Shown here in pieces: positions 1 through 9,121 of a DNA stretch of 64,000 nt. The stretch is taken from positions 2,026,877 through 2,090,876 of the forward strand of contig OY761449.1 of the NCBI GenBank assembly GCA_963664375.1, written 5' to 3'. A program made the position numbers and the translations under genes. The notes beneath the pieces were generated by a model. It saw only the letters and a list, made by a program, of their open reading frames with translations, did no database searches and was not told the DNA's origin. This DNA comes from Dehalococcoidia bacterium (GTDB lineage Bacteria > Chloroflexota > Dehalococcoidia > Lucifugimonadales > UBA3495). The first letter of the stretch is position 1; each line of letters begins with the position of its first letter.

Positions 1-608
1 AATTTGGTCCAGATGTAAGGCTTTTTCTCGGAGCCTTTGTTGTAGATGCCCAGCCATGCGGTTTGGTTGAGGCCGGTGACTTGGAACACGGATTCGGATA
101 TATGCTCCACGGTGAACTCATATCCGTCGGAGCGGTAGACGCGGGGGCTGATTCTGGGCGGTGTATCATCCGGCAGCTTCGGGAAGGCGGACACGAACTC
201 CAGAAGCTCCTGCTTGGCGGAGCCGAATCCGCTGTCTCTGAATTTCTGGATCCGCTCCTTTTCTCTGGCGTCTCGAATCAGGGCTTCGCAGAGACTGTCG
301 AAACCCGCTTTCAGGGAGACGAAGCCCCCGCCGGCCAGCACACTCCCGAATTCCAGACCCTCGGGCCCGATGTCGTACCTGGATTTGGTCCAGATGTAGG
401 GCTTTTCCCGGGATCCTTTGTTGTGTATGCCCAGCCAGCCGGTCTGACCGAGCCCGGTGACCTGGACCACCGATTCGGACACCTGTTCCACGGCAAACTC
501 AAAACCGCAGTAGTGGTAGGAGTGGGGCCAGGCATAGGCCGGTTGCCGGCCCGTGGGTTCTATAGCCGCCGGGGTCTCCCCGGCGCCGGATTTCCGGCCC
601 CATTTCAT
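1..608 (-). CDS. hypothetical protein (3' end outside window) with an internally duplicated ~45-aa module
   Basis: Own minus-strand translation from ATG at 608 gives MKWGRKSGAGETPAAIEPTGRQPAYAWPHSYHYCGFEFAVEQVSESVVQVTGLGQTGWLGIHNKGSREKPYIWTKS..., open to position 1. It is absent from the ORF track because no stop lies in the window. nt 1-150 and 378-530 are clearly homologous. Confidence 0.6.
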   Translation of the reverse strand, partial: MKWGRKSGAGETPAAIEPTGRQPAYAWPHSYHYCGFEFAVEQVSESVVQVTGLGQTGWLGIHNKGSREKPYIWTKSRYDIGPEGLEFGSVLAGGGFVSLKAGFDSLCEALIRDAREKERIQKFRDSGFGSAKQELLEFVSAFPKLPDDTPPRISPRVYRSDGYEFTVEHISESVFQVTGLNQTAWLGIYNKGSEKKPYIWTK

Positions 609-737
609 CCTCGGGAGCTTTGGCACAGCAGACTCCTGCGGGTGTGGATACCGCCGGTTCCCAGACGTTGATTCCATTCTAATGAGACTGCGACGGTTTT
701 CAAGGGTTCGCCCACTGCCAGCAGGGCCTTTCGATTA

Positions 738-780
738 TTCCCTCCCCCTGAGGGGGAGGGTTAGGGTGGGGGTGAAATTC
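738..780. repeat. REP-like palindromic element (family 1)
   Basis: ccctccccctgagggggagggttagggtgggggtgaa: a hairpin core (ccctc...gaggg) plus a ttagggtgggggtgaa tail. The same motif recurs about 25 times in the window. Confidence 0.85.
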
Positions 781-1056
781 TCGCATCAACAAACTGGCAT
801 GCATCGGACGGCGGCAAATCCTGTGAATCCTTTAATCCCGGGAATCCTGATTCAGACTACTGCTTTGCAATCGTCCCGTTCAAATGGGTAAGGGATGGGA
901 CGGGGGTAAAATTCTGTAAACCACCCAATCAAACAAATCACAGTTCAAACTACCCCGGTTGCCACATGCAGCGTCGGCGCGTATTATCGCCGTATTCTCA
1001 GGCCGGTATCCTCAGGCTCGTAATTCCAGCCCCGCACATCCGTTTTGGGGGACGCC

Positions 1057-3087
1057 ATGCTTTTTCGCACTTACCGCTATTCCAGGTGGGACGGAACCCA
1101 AAACATCTTCGACATGGACGCCGACCAGTTGATGGACCTGCTGTCCGACGACGTCCTCAATCGCGGCGACATCATGCAGGCCCTCCGTGACCTGTTCCGC
1201 CAGGGAATGCAGAACCGCGACGGCGAACAGATGCCCGGCCTGCGGCAGTTGATGGAGCAGCTCAAGGAGCGCCGCCGCCAGCAGATGCAGCAGCACAACA
1301 TGGACTCCGTGTTGGACGACCTGAAGGAGCGGCTGCAAGACATCATCGACACGGAGCGGCGCGGCATCCAGAACCGCCTGGACGACGCACAGCAGCAGGT
1401 GGAGCAGGCATCCGACGACGAACGGGAGCAGCAGGAGGCGCTCAACAACCTGCTGAAGCAGCGGGCCGACCGCAACCTGGACAAGCTCGATGACCTCCCG
1501 GAAGGCGTCGGCAGCCAACTGCGGGAGTTGATGGACTACGACTTCATGGACCCGGAGGCACAGCAGAAGTTCCAGGAATTGCTGGACATGCTGAAAAGCC
1601 AGATGGCCCAGAACATTTCCCAGCAAATGCAGCAGCAGATACAGAACATGTCCCCGGAGGACATGGCCGCCACGCGCGAAATGATGCGCGATCTCAACCA
1701 GATGATGCGCGACAAGCTGTCGGGCCGGGAACCGGACTTCGACGGGTTCATGGACAAGTGGGGCCAGATGTTCGGCCCCAACCCGCCGCAGAGCTTCGAA
1801 GAACTGATGGAAATGCTGCAACAGCAACTCGCCCAGATGCAGTCGATGCTGGACAGCATGTCGCCCGAGGCCCGCCAGGAGATGGAGGACGCGCTGGCCC
1901 AGGCCTTCGACGCCGAGACGCAGCGGGAGATGGCCCAGTTTGCCGCGATGATGGAACAGTTGATGCCTATGGACGACCTGCGTCGGCAGTACCCGTTCCT
2001 GGGCGACGACAGCCTGACCATGGAACAGGCGATGCAGATGATGCGCGACCTGCAACAACTGGACCAGCTCGAGGCCGCGCTCCAGGACGCCATCCGCACC
2101 GGAGACCTCTCGGACGTCGACCCCGAGAAGCTGGCGGAACTGCTGGGCGACGATGCCCGGCGCGTGTGGGACGAGCTGGACAACCTGCGCAAGCTGCTGG
2201 AGGACGCCGGGTACATCACTGGCGGCGACAAGGCCGAGTTGACCGCCCGCGGCATCCGGCGCATCGGCCAGAAGGCCCTGAAAGAGGTGTTCGCCCACCT
2301 GAAAAAGGACCGCATAGGCGGGCACCTGATGGACACCCGCGGCGCCAACGGCGACCTGCTGGGCGAGACCAAGGCCTACGAGTTCGGCGACCCGTTCCTC
2401 GTAGACCTCCAGACGACGGTGAAGAACGCAGTGCTTCGCGGCGGGCCGCAGGTGCCAGTGCGTATCGGCCCGCAGGATTTCGAGGTCCACCGGACGGAGC
2501 ACATGACCAAGGCCGCAACCGTGGTGCTGCTGGACCAGAGCCGGTCAATGGGCCTGTTCAACAACTGGCAGGCAGCCAAGAAAGTTACCGTCGCGCTGAT
2601 GGCGCTGATCCGCTCGCAGTTTCCGAGAGACTCCCTGTACATCGTCGGTTTCTCGGACTATGCCCGGGAAATCAAGGAGGAGGAGCTCGCCAATTGCAGT
2701 TGGAACGCCTGGGTGTCGGGCACCAACCTGCACCACGCCCTGATGCTCTCCCGCAAGCTGCTGTCCCGGGAGAAGGGCGGCACTCGCCAGATACTGGTCA
2801 TCACTGACGGCGAACCGACGGCCCACCTGGAGGGAGACCGGTCGTATTTCAGCTACCCGCCCAGCTACCGGACGGAGATGGAGACGCTACGGGAAGTGCG
2901 CCGCTGTACCCAGGAGGACATACTGATCAACACATTCATGCTGGAGAACAACTACCAGTTGGTGAATTTCGTCGACCGGATGACTCGAATCAACCGCGGC
3001 CGTGCCTTCTACACCAGCGCCTCCAACCTCAGCGAGTTCGTGCTGGTAGACTACCTGAACAACCGCCGCAAGAAAGTGGCCTCGTAG
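1057..3087 (+). CDS. von Willebrand factor A (vWA) domain protein with a long Q/M/E-rich helical N-terminal region
   Basis: The C-terminal VVLLDQSRSMG ... ITDGEPTAH matches a vWA MIDAS (DxSxS) fold. ATG at 1057 follows gggggac; the track ORF starts at TTG 1045. Confidence 0.85.
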   Translation: MLFRTYRYSRWDGTQNIFDMDADQLMDLLSDDVLNRGDIMQALRDLFRQGMQNRDGEQMPGLRQLMEQLKERRRQQMQQHNMDSVLDDLKERLQDIIDTERRGIQNRLDDAQQQVEQASDDEREQQEALNNLLKQRADRNLDKLDDLPEGVGSQLRELMDYDFMDPEAQQKFQELLDMLKSQMAQNISQQMQQQIQNMSPEDMAATREMMRDLNQMMRDKLSGREPDFDGFMDKWGQMFGPNPPQSFEELMEMLQQQLAQMQSMLDSMSPEARQEMEDALAQAFDAETQREMAQFAAMMEQLMPMDDLRRQYPFLGDDSLTMEQAMQMMRDLQQLDQLEAALQDAIRTGDLSDVDPEKLAELLGDDARRVWDELDNLRKLLEDAGYITGGDKAELTARGIRRIGQKALKEVFAHLKKDRIGGHLMDTRGANGDLLGETKAYEFGDPFLVDLQTTVKNAVLRGGPQVPVRIGPQDFEVHRTEHMTKAATVVLLDQSRSMGLFNNWQAAKKVTVALMALIRSQFPRDSLYIVGFSDYAREIKEEELANCSWNAWVSGTNLHHALMLSRKLLSREKGGTRQILVITDGEPTAHLEGDRSYFSYPPSYRTEMETLREVRRCTQEDILINTFMLENNYQLVNFVDRMTRINRGRAFYTSASNLSEFVLVDYLNNRRKKVAS

Positions 3088-3100
3088 CAGGGGGCGAAGT

Positions 3101-3832
3101 ATGACCACCAAGAAGGTACTCAGACCGCAAATTGAGGAATACGCACACCTTGAACCGTTGCCCGACCCGCCGAAAGAACCGGATATGCAGCAGCGATTGA
3201 GCACCATGGCCATCGACAAGGTTCTGGGGCTTCACTTCGCCCGCCGCGACGACGTATTGATTTGTGGCGACGGATACCTGCGGCGCGAGGCAGGCAATGA
3301 GTCCGAACAACTGGCCCCCGATTGCGTAGTGACCTTTGGCGTCAACCCCGATGGCATTGTGGCCCGTAACGGGTACGTCATCAGCGAGGTGGGCAAGCCG
3401 CCGGATTTCGTGCTGGAAGTGGCATCCCGCAGCACAGGCCGCCGTGACTACACCGTTAAACGGGATGGCTACGCCGCCTACGGCGTGCAGGAATACTGGC
3501 GCTTTGACCGTTCCGGCGGACGCTTCCACGACGCTCCGCTGGCTGGCGACACGCTGGCGGATGGGATTTACGAACGCCTGCCAATACACCGGGAGCCGGA
3601 CGGCTTGCTGTGGGGATATAGCGCGGTGTTGGACCTGGAAATTTGCTGGGACCGGGGCGAGCCAAGGTTCCGCGACCACTACACTAAGCAGTTCCTCCCC
3701 ACCCCGGAAGAGGAGCGGGACAGGCGGGAGGCTGCCGAATCCGAGCGCGATGCTGCCGAATCCCGCGCCGACGCTGCGGAAGCTGAGGTAGCGCGGCTCA
3801 GGGAGCAACTTCGGCGGCTGACCGACCAGTGA
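3101..3832 (+). CDS. Uma2 family (DUF820) PD-(D/E)XK endonuclease
   Basis: PDCVVTFGV...GYVISEVGKPPDFVLEVASRST...EYWRFD is the typical Uma2 core, with a charged coiled-coil tail. A paralog lies at 38204-38920. Confidence 0.85.
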   Translation: MTTKKVLRPQIEEYAHLEPLPDPPKEPDMQQRLSTMAIDKVLGLHFARRDDVLICGDGYLRREAGNESEQLAPDCVVTFGVNPDGIVARNGYVISEVGKPPDFVLEVASRSTGRRDYTVKRDGYAAYGVQEYWRFDRSGGRFHDAPLAGDTLADGIYERLPIHREPDGLLWGYSAVLDLEICWDRGEPRFRDHYTKQFLPTPEEERDRREAAESERDAAESRADAAEAEVARLREQLRRLTDQ

Positions 3833-4010
3833 TGCCCGGAATGCCTGGGAATCGCCTTGGACGGTCTGCCCAATAAGGTACAGAGAAAATTAAAAGGCCG
3901 TGGGCGTGGGTAAGCGGGTATCGAAAGGAACGGATTTGTGATAATCTGAAAGATACAACGGAAAATTCTCTTGCCTGCGGAATGCTCCGCAGCAGGGCAG
4001 TCAGACTTTT

Positions 4011-4036
4011 AAGGCAGTCCCGTGAGGCTGGCAAAG
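4011..4036 (+). promoter_or_regulatory. putative PyrR-binding RNA motif in the pyr leader
   Basis: aaggcAGTCCcGtGAGGCTggcaaag resembles the PyrR binding-loop consensus (A/G)GUCCAGAGAGGCU. It lies ~55 nt upstream of a terminator hairpin and ~160 nt upstream of pyrR. Confidence 0.55.
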
Positions 4037-4089
4037 TTGGACGTCCCGGATTTCTCCCGGCGCGCTTGAGTCCGCCGGGCCGGTTCGCG

Positions 4090-4120
4090 CCCCTTGCCAG
4101 TCGTGAGGCAAGGGGTTTTT
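4090..4120 (+). terminator. intrinsic terminator / attenuator upstream of pyrR
   Basis: 9-bp stem ccccttgcc (4090-4098) / ggcaagggg (4107-4115), 8-nt loop, then TTTTT (4116-4120). The position in the leader of the pyr operon fits PyrR attenuation. Confidence 0.65.
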
Positions 4121-4192
4121 GTTATCCCCCGGTTAAGCACGGGCGGGCCGCGGGTATTTCCGCGCATGGGAAGAACCGACGGGAGAATTGTC

Positions 4193-4822
4193 ATGCCCGA
4201 AGAGGGCCTCGCCGGAATGACGGAACGGCAAGTTATGAACCGGGAAGGCATGAGCCGTGCCCTGTCCCGTATCGCTCACGAGATACTGGAGCGCAATCGC
4301 GGGGCCAGCGACCTGTTGCTCGTTGGCATTCAGCGGCGCGGCGTGCCCCTGGCGCAGCGTTTGTCGGCGCGCATTTCGGATTTCGAAGACACGTCGGTGC
4401 CGGTCGGTTCCCTTGACATCAACCTTTACCGGGATGATCTCCGCGAGCGCAAGCGGCCCAGGGTGCGGGTGCACCGCACCGACCTGCCCGTGAGCATACA
4501 GGGGCAGCGCGTCGTGCTGGTGGATGACGTCCTGTACACCGGGCGCACGATACGCGCCGCGCTGGACGCGCTCACCGACTACGGCCGGGCCACCCAGGTG
4601 CAACTGGCCGTCATGATCGACCGGGGCCACCGGGAACTGCCCATCCGCGCCGACTACGTTGGCCGCAACATTCCCACCGCCCGCAGCGAGATTGTCGCGG
4701 TGCGCCTCGACGAAATCGACGAACGTGAAGAGATAGTCATTCTGCGGTCTGGAGACGGAATCACGGAGGATTCCGCCCCTATACCGGAACAGGCGGAACC
4801 CATCGCCACATTCCGGCAATAG
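4193..4822 (+). CDS. pyrR: bifunctional pyr operon regulator / uracil phosphoribosyltransferase PyrR
   Basis: [38 protein letters not shown] (PRPP-binding loop). ATG 4193 is preceded by gggaga; the track start 4094 would read through the terminator. Confidence 0.9.
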   Translation: MPEEGLAGMTERQVMNREGMSRALSRIAHEILERNRGASDLLLVGIQRRGVPLAQRLSARISDFEDTSVPVGSLDINLYRDDLRERKRPRVRVHRTDLPVSIQGQRVVLVDDVLYTGRTIRAALDALTDYGRATQVQLAVMIDRGHRELPIRADYVGRNIPTARSEIVAVRLDEIDEREEIVILRSGDGITEDSAPIPEQAEPIATFRQ

Positions 4823-4861
4823 CGGCAACCTCGGCACAACGAAATTGCACGGTCAGGTTTC

Positions 4862-5881
4862 ATGACACTGCAAGAAGCGATCAACGAGGGACTGGACGCT
4901 CGGATCATCCCCGGGGATGACCTGCCTTCGCGCCGTCACGTTCTCGACCTGGACGATTACTCCCGTGAGGAACTGGAGACGACGCTGGCATCCACCCATA
5001 GCATGGCCGAGGTGCTGGGCCGGGACATCAAGAAGGTGCCAGCGCTCCGGGGAAAAGTGGTAGTGACGCTGTTCTACGAAGCCAGCACCCGGACACGGGT
5101 CTCCTTCGAGGAGGCAGGCAAGATACTCAGCGCCGACGTCATCAACATGAGCGCCTCCGGCAGCAGCGCCGACAAGGGAGAGTCGCTGCTCAACACCGGC
5201 CTGACGTTGCAAGCCATGGGCGTCGACACGCTGGTGGTGAGGCATCCCCACTCCGGAGCGCCCAACTTCCTCGCCCGCAACCTGGAGCGCGTCAGCATCG
5301 TGAATGCCGGCGATGGCCTGCATGCCCATCCCACCCAGGCGCTGCTCGACCTGTACACGGTGCAGTCCCGCCTGGGACGTATCGAAGGTCTGAAAGTCGT
5401 CATAGTCGGCGACGTGCTGCACAGCCGGGTGGCCCGGTCAGGAATATGGGGCTTTGCCAAGATGGGCGCCCGCGTAGTTCTGTCCGGGCCGCGGACGCTG
5501 ATGCCTTTGGACTTCGTCAACGGGCCGACGGCTGCCGATGGCGTGGGGTTGGCGTCGAAAGTGGAATTCGACCCCGATCTTGACCGGGCGGTGACCGGCG
5601 CGGACGTGGTGATGGCCCTGCGGCTTCAGTCCGAACGGCAGCGGGGCGGATTCCTGCCCAGTGTCCGCGAATACATACGGCGCTGGCAGGTCAACGACGC
5701 GCGGCTCTCGAAGGCCAAGCCGGACGTGCTGGTGATGCACCCGGGGCCGATGAACGAGGGCATCGAGATAAGCTCAGGACTGGCCCACGGCAGCCGTTCC
5801 GCCATAGAGGAGCAGGTCACTGCCGGTGTGGCGGTTCGCATGGCGGTGTTGTACCAGTTGAACGCCGGAGCCGCGGAATGA
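4862..5881 (+). CDS. pyrB: aspartate carbamoyltransferase catalytic subunit
   Basis: STRTRVSFE, HPTQALLD and HPGPMN motifs. The stop overlaps the pyrC start (ATGA). Confidence 0.95.
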   Translation: MTLQEAINEGLDARIIPGDDLPSRRHVLDLDDYSREELETTLASTHSMAEVLGRDIKKVPALRGKVVVTLFYEASTRTRVSFEEAGKILSADVINMSASGSSADKGESLLNTGLTLQAMGVDTLVVRHPHSGAPNFLARNLERVSIVNAGDGLHAHPTQALLDLYTVQSRLGRIEGLKVVIVGDVLHSRVARSGIWGFAKMGARVVLSGPRTLMPLDFVNGPTAADGVGLASKVEFDPDLDRAVTGADVVMALRLQSERQRGGFLPSVREYIRRWQVNDARLSKAKPDVLVMHPGPMNEGIEISSGLAHGSRSAIEEQVTAGVAVRMAVLYQLNAGAAE

Positions 5882-7254
5882 CGGCAACAGTGAGTGCGCC
5901 GCCCATACTCATCAGGCGGGCACGGCTGATTGACGCCGTGCGCCAGCTAGATTTCATCGGCGACATTCTGGTGGACGGCGGGCAGATAGTCGATTCTGGT
6001 GCCGCAATCGACAGCGGGCCGGACGGTTGCATCGAAGTGGACGGAACGGGCCTGGTGGCATGCCCCGGCTTCATCGACCTGCATGCCCACCTGCGGGAAC
6101 CCGGTTTCGAATACAAGGAGACCATCGCGACCGGCGCGGCGGCGGCGGCCAGGGGTGGTTTTACCACCATCTGCTGTATGCCGAACACCGACCCGCCCAT
6201 TGACTCCGAACCCATGGTCGAGTTCGTTTTGCGCCGGGCCAGGGAGGCCGCCCTAGTTCGCGTGCTGCCCATCGGCTGCATCACCCGCGAGCGCCGGGGC
6301 AAGGAACTGGCGGACTTCGAGGAGATGGCCGCTGCCGGGGCCGTGGCGTTCAGCGACGACGGCGATCCGGTCCAGGACGCCAACCTGATGCGGATGGCCC
6401 TCGCCTACGGGGCAGACCTCGGTCGGCCGGTCAGCAACCACTGCCAGGACTTGCACCTGTGTGCCGACGGGATGATGGCAGAGGGGGCGGTCGCGACGCG
6501 GCTGGGCCTGCCCGGCATTCCGCCAGCCGCCGAGGACGCGATGATCGCCAGGGACATCGCGCTGGCTGGCTCCACGGGCGGCAAGCTGCACGTGGCCCAC
6601 GTCAGCACCGCTGGCAGCGTGCCGCTGGTCCGGCGCGCCAAGGAGCTGGGGCTGAACGTGACCGCCGAGGTCTGCCCGCATCACCTGACCATCACCGACG
6701 AGTGGGCCCTTGGGACAAAGGGAAGCGGCGCTGGCCCCGGTGAATGGGCCTACGACACTGCAACCAAGGTGTACCCGCCCCTGCGCTGGCAGTCCGACGT
6801 CGAAGCTCTGATCGCTGGCCTGGCGGACGGCACTATCGACTGCATAGCCACCGACCACGCGCCCCACGACGTAGCCAGCAAAGAGGTAACGTTTGAGGAC
6901 GCCTCCTTCGGCATCAGCGTGCTGGAAACCGCGCTTGGTTCGGTCATGCAACTCTCCCACGGCGGGCGGGTTCCCTTGCCCGTGCTGATTGAACGCCTGA
7001 CGGCAGGGCCGGCCAGGGTGCTGGGCCCGCGGTATCTCCCCTTGGCGTCTCTGGCGCCGGGCACCCCTGCCGACCTGGTCCTGTTCGACCCGGATCTGGA
7101 ATGGACCGTTGACTCGACGGAGTTTGCCTCGAAGGGCAGAAACACGCCGCTGGATGGAACCATACTCAAGGGGCGGGTTGTGGCGACAATTGCTGGCGGC
7201 AAATTCGTTCACCAGTCGAAAAGGCTTCAAGTGGGGGAGGGACGTGATTCCTAG
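5878..7254 (+). CDS. pyrC: dihydroorotase
   Basis: PGFIDLHAHLREPG, TDHAPH motifs; position in the pyr operon. Confidence 0.93.
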   Translation: MTATVSAPPILIRRARLIDAVRQLDFIGDILVDGGQIVDSGAAIDSGPDGCIEVDGTGLVACPGFIDLHAHLREPGFEYKETIATGAAAAARGGFTTICCMPNTDPPIDSEPMVEFVLRRAREAALVRVLPIGCITRERRGKELADFEEMAAAGAVAFSDDGDPVQDANLMRMALAYGADLGRPVSNHCQDLHLCADGMMAEGAVATRLGLPGIPPAAEDAMIARDIALAGSTGGKLHVAHVSTAGSVPLVRRAKELGLNVTAEVCPHHLTITDEWALGTKGSGAGPGEWAYDTATKVYPPLRWQSDVEALIAGLADGTIDCIATDHAPHDVASKEVTFEDASFGISVLETALGSVMQLSHGGRVPLPVLIERLTAGPARVLGPRYLPLASLAPGTPADLVLFDPDLEWTVDSTEFASKGRNTPLDGTILKGRVVATIAGGKFVHQSKRLQVGEGRDS

Positions 7255-7336
7255 AAGATGTGTGGCATATCAAGCAAACCCAAGGGAAAACCGTCCTGGC
7301 TTGTCATCCCACGTTCCTGAGCGAGCAAGGGCCGCC

Positions 7337-7367
7337 TTCACCCTAACCCTCTCCCGGAGGGAGAGGG
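7337..7367. repeat. REP-like element (family 1, opposite orientation)
   Basis: ttcaccctaaccctctcccggagggagaggg between pyrC and carA. Confidence 0.8.
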
Positions 7368-7472
7368 ATTTTGTCATGCGCCCATTCCTGCGGGCCGATG
7401 CCGTGGCTCATCCTGAAGAGTGGGGCCGCCCAGGTTACCAAATCCTTTCTCCATTGCTGGGGGTGCGCTAAA

Positions 7473-8564
7473 TTGCCCACCGCGTTTCTTGTTCTTGAAG
7501 ACGGTTCCGTCCACCGTGGCCAGGGTTTTGGCGCCGACGTTCCCGCCGTTGGCGAGGTGGTATTCAACACGACGATGACGGGGTATCAGGAAGTGCTGAC
7601 CGACCCTTCCTATTCGGGGCAGATGGTCACACTCACCTATCCCCTGATCGGAAACTACGGGATTAACGAGCAGGACTACGAATCCCGCCAAATCCAGGTC
7701 AGCGCCCTCATCGTGCGGCAGCACTGCGATGAACCCAGCCATGGTTCCAGCGACCGGACCATCCACGAATTTCTGGAGCGGCAGGGCATTCCCGGCATCA
7801 GCGGCGTGGATACCAGGGCCATCACCCGCCGTTTACGCTCCAGCGGAGTAATGCTCGGCGCAATCGCTCCTGACCCGGAAACCGGCAGGTCAATGCTCGA
7901 CGCCGCCCCCAATTACGATGAGCTCGACCATGTACGTAACGTAATGACCGACACGGGCTACGGTTGGGGCGGTTTGAATCAAAACGGAGAGGAAAGCCCC
8001 TACCGTGTGCTGGTAACGGACTGTGGGCTTAAATACAATATTCTGCGTGAACTCACCCGGCGGGGCTGTGACGTGAGGGTGGTGCCCGCCGATACGCCGG
8101 CGGAGGAACTGCTCTCGCTGAACCCGTCAGGAGTGCTTCTCTCGCCTGGGCCGGGAGACCCGCAGATCGTGGATTACGTGGTCGACAACGCCCGGCGAAT
8201 TCTCGGCAGAGTCCCCGTAATGGGAATATGCCTCGGCCACCAGGTTGTGGCGCGGGCTCTGGGCGCGGAAACCTTCAAGCTGAAGTTCGGGCACCGGGGC
8301 GGCAATCATCCGGTGCGCGACCTGTCCGACGGAAAGGTGTACATCACGGCGCAGAACCACGGCTACGCGGTGCTGGCCGATTCCCTGCCGTCCGGCCTGG
8401 AGGTCTCTCACATCAATCTGAACGACGATACGGTGGAGGGCTTGACCCACCGGGAGCTGCCGGTTTTCACCATTCAGTATCACTCAGAGGCATCGCCGGG
8501 ACCGAGGGACAACGATTACCTCTTCGACCGGTTTCTGAAGCTGATGGACGACTTCAAGTCATAG
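7473..8564 (+). CDS. carA: carbamoyl-phosphate synthase small (glutaminase) subunit
   Basis: AFLVLEDGSVHRGQGFGA..., GICLGHQ (catalytic Cys), HGYAV. The likely start is TTG 7473, since homology begins at LPTAFLVLEDG. The track ATG 7371 lies inside the REP element. Confidence 0.9.
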   Translation: MPTAFLVLEDGSVHRGQGFGADVPAVGEVVFNTTMTGYQEVLTDPSYSGQMVTLTYPLIGNYGINEQDYESRQIQVSALIVRQHCDEPSHGSSDRTIHEFLERQGIPGISGVDTRAITRRLRSSGVMLGAIAPDPETGRSMLDAAPNYDELDHVRNVMTDTGYGWGGLNQNGEESPYRVLVTDCGLKYNILRELTRRGCDVRVVPADTPAEELLSLNPSGVLLSPGPGDPQIVDYVVDNARRILGRVPVMGICLGHQVVARALGAETFKLKFGHRGGNHPVRDLSDGKVYITAQNHGYAVLADSLPSGLEVSHINLNDDTVEGLTHRELPVFTIQYHSEASPGPRDNDYLFDRFLKLMDDFKS

Positions 8565-8698
8565 AATTTCGTGCCCCGCACGGGGCATTCAAGGAGGTTC
8601 TCTACCAGGTACCCGGCGCGCTGAACGGCTGCCGTCGCTTGCGCCGGATGCCTCCCCTCAACAGCTTTCAGCTACAAACTTCCGGAGGAATTATCTGC

Positions 8699-9121
8699 AT
8701 GTCTTCTTTTTCGATGGTCTTGCTGGAAGGGGGGGTGGATGTGGAAGTGGATGTTGACTTCGCGGACATGACCGCAGTCTTCGACCAGGAGGTCCCGGGC
8801 TACACCTGCGGAGAGTTCGGTTACGCTGTCAACCCCGGCCGGGGACAGATAGGCGGACAATGGATTTTCACCGTAAACGCCTTCTCTCTCCTCCAGCCTC
8901 GGAGCGCAGAAAACTCGATTCCTCTCGGCCGCATGGAGGTCGAGGTGAACCGCTACGGGAACGTGACGATCAGCATCCCGCCAAGGGTGGAGCAGACGGT
9001 GCCCGGCCCCGACGCCGCCGACTGGGACGGCAAGCTGTTCGGCGCCTTCGTGTTCCAGTTGCTCAATTCGCTGTACGATCGGGGCCTCATCGAGCTGCCC
9101 GGCGTACTGCCGAAAGTCTGA
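8699..9121 (+). CDS. hypothetical protein (140 aa) inserted between carA and carB
   Basis: ATG 8699 is preceded by ggagga (8685-8690). The sequence is MSSFSMVLLEGGVDVEVDV...; no family recognised. The upstream part of track ORF 8228-9121 overlaps carA and is discounted. Confidence 0.55.
   Translation: MSSFSMVLLEGGVDVEVDVDFADMTAVFDQEVPGYTCGEFGYAVNPGRGQIGGQWIFTVNAFSLLQPRSAENSIPLGRMEVEVNRYGNVTISIPPRVEQTVPGPDAADWDGKLFGAFVFQLLNSLYDRGLIELPGVLPKV

Noticed and set aside
63-671. 202-aa plus-strand track ORF at the left edge.
   Set aside because: It is antisense to a much more convincing minus-strand gene (1-608) that shows a duplicated protein module. Its own sequence is Gly/Pro/Arg-rich, typical of high-G+C shadow ORFs.
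1012-2502. 496-aa minus-strand ORF opposite the vWA gene. Other long antisense or alternate-frame ORFs fall in the same class, e.g. 9309-10652, 21852-22976, 40531-41844, 48740-50137 and 57910-58905.
   Set aside because: All overlap genes with clear family motifs on the other strand or in another frame. Their translations are low-complexity (L/V/H/Q or R/G/P/A-rich), as expected from codon-position G+C bias.
7371-7472. N-terminal extensions given by the track starts: carA (ATG 7371), pyrR (4094), RHD alpha1 (50404), the TPP enzyme (46730), the extradiol dioxygenase (52600) and the PaREP1-like gene (51719).
   Set aside because: The extensions read through REP elements, a terminator hairpin or the neighbouring gene. 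Downstream starts with SD sequences coincide with the onset of family homology.
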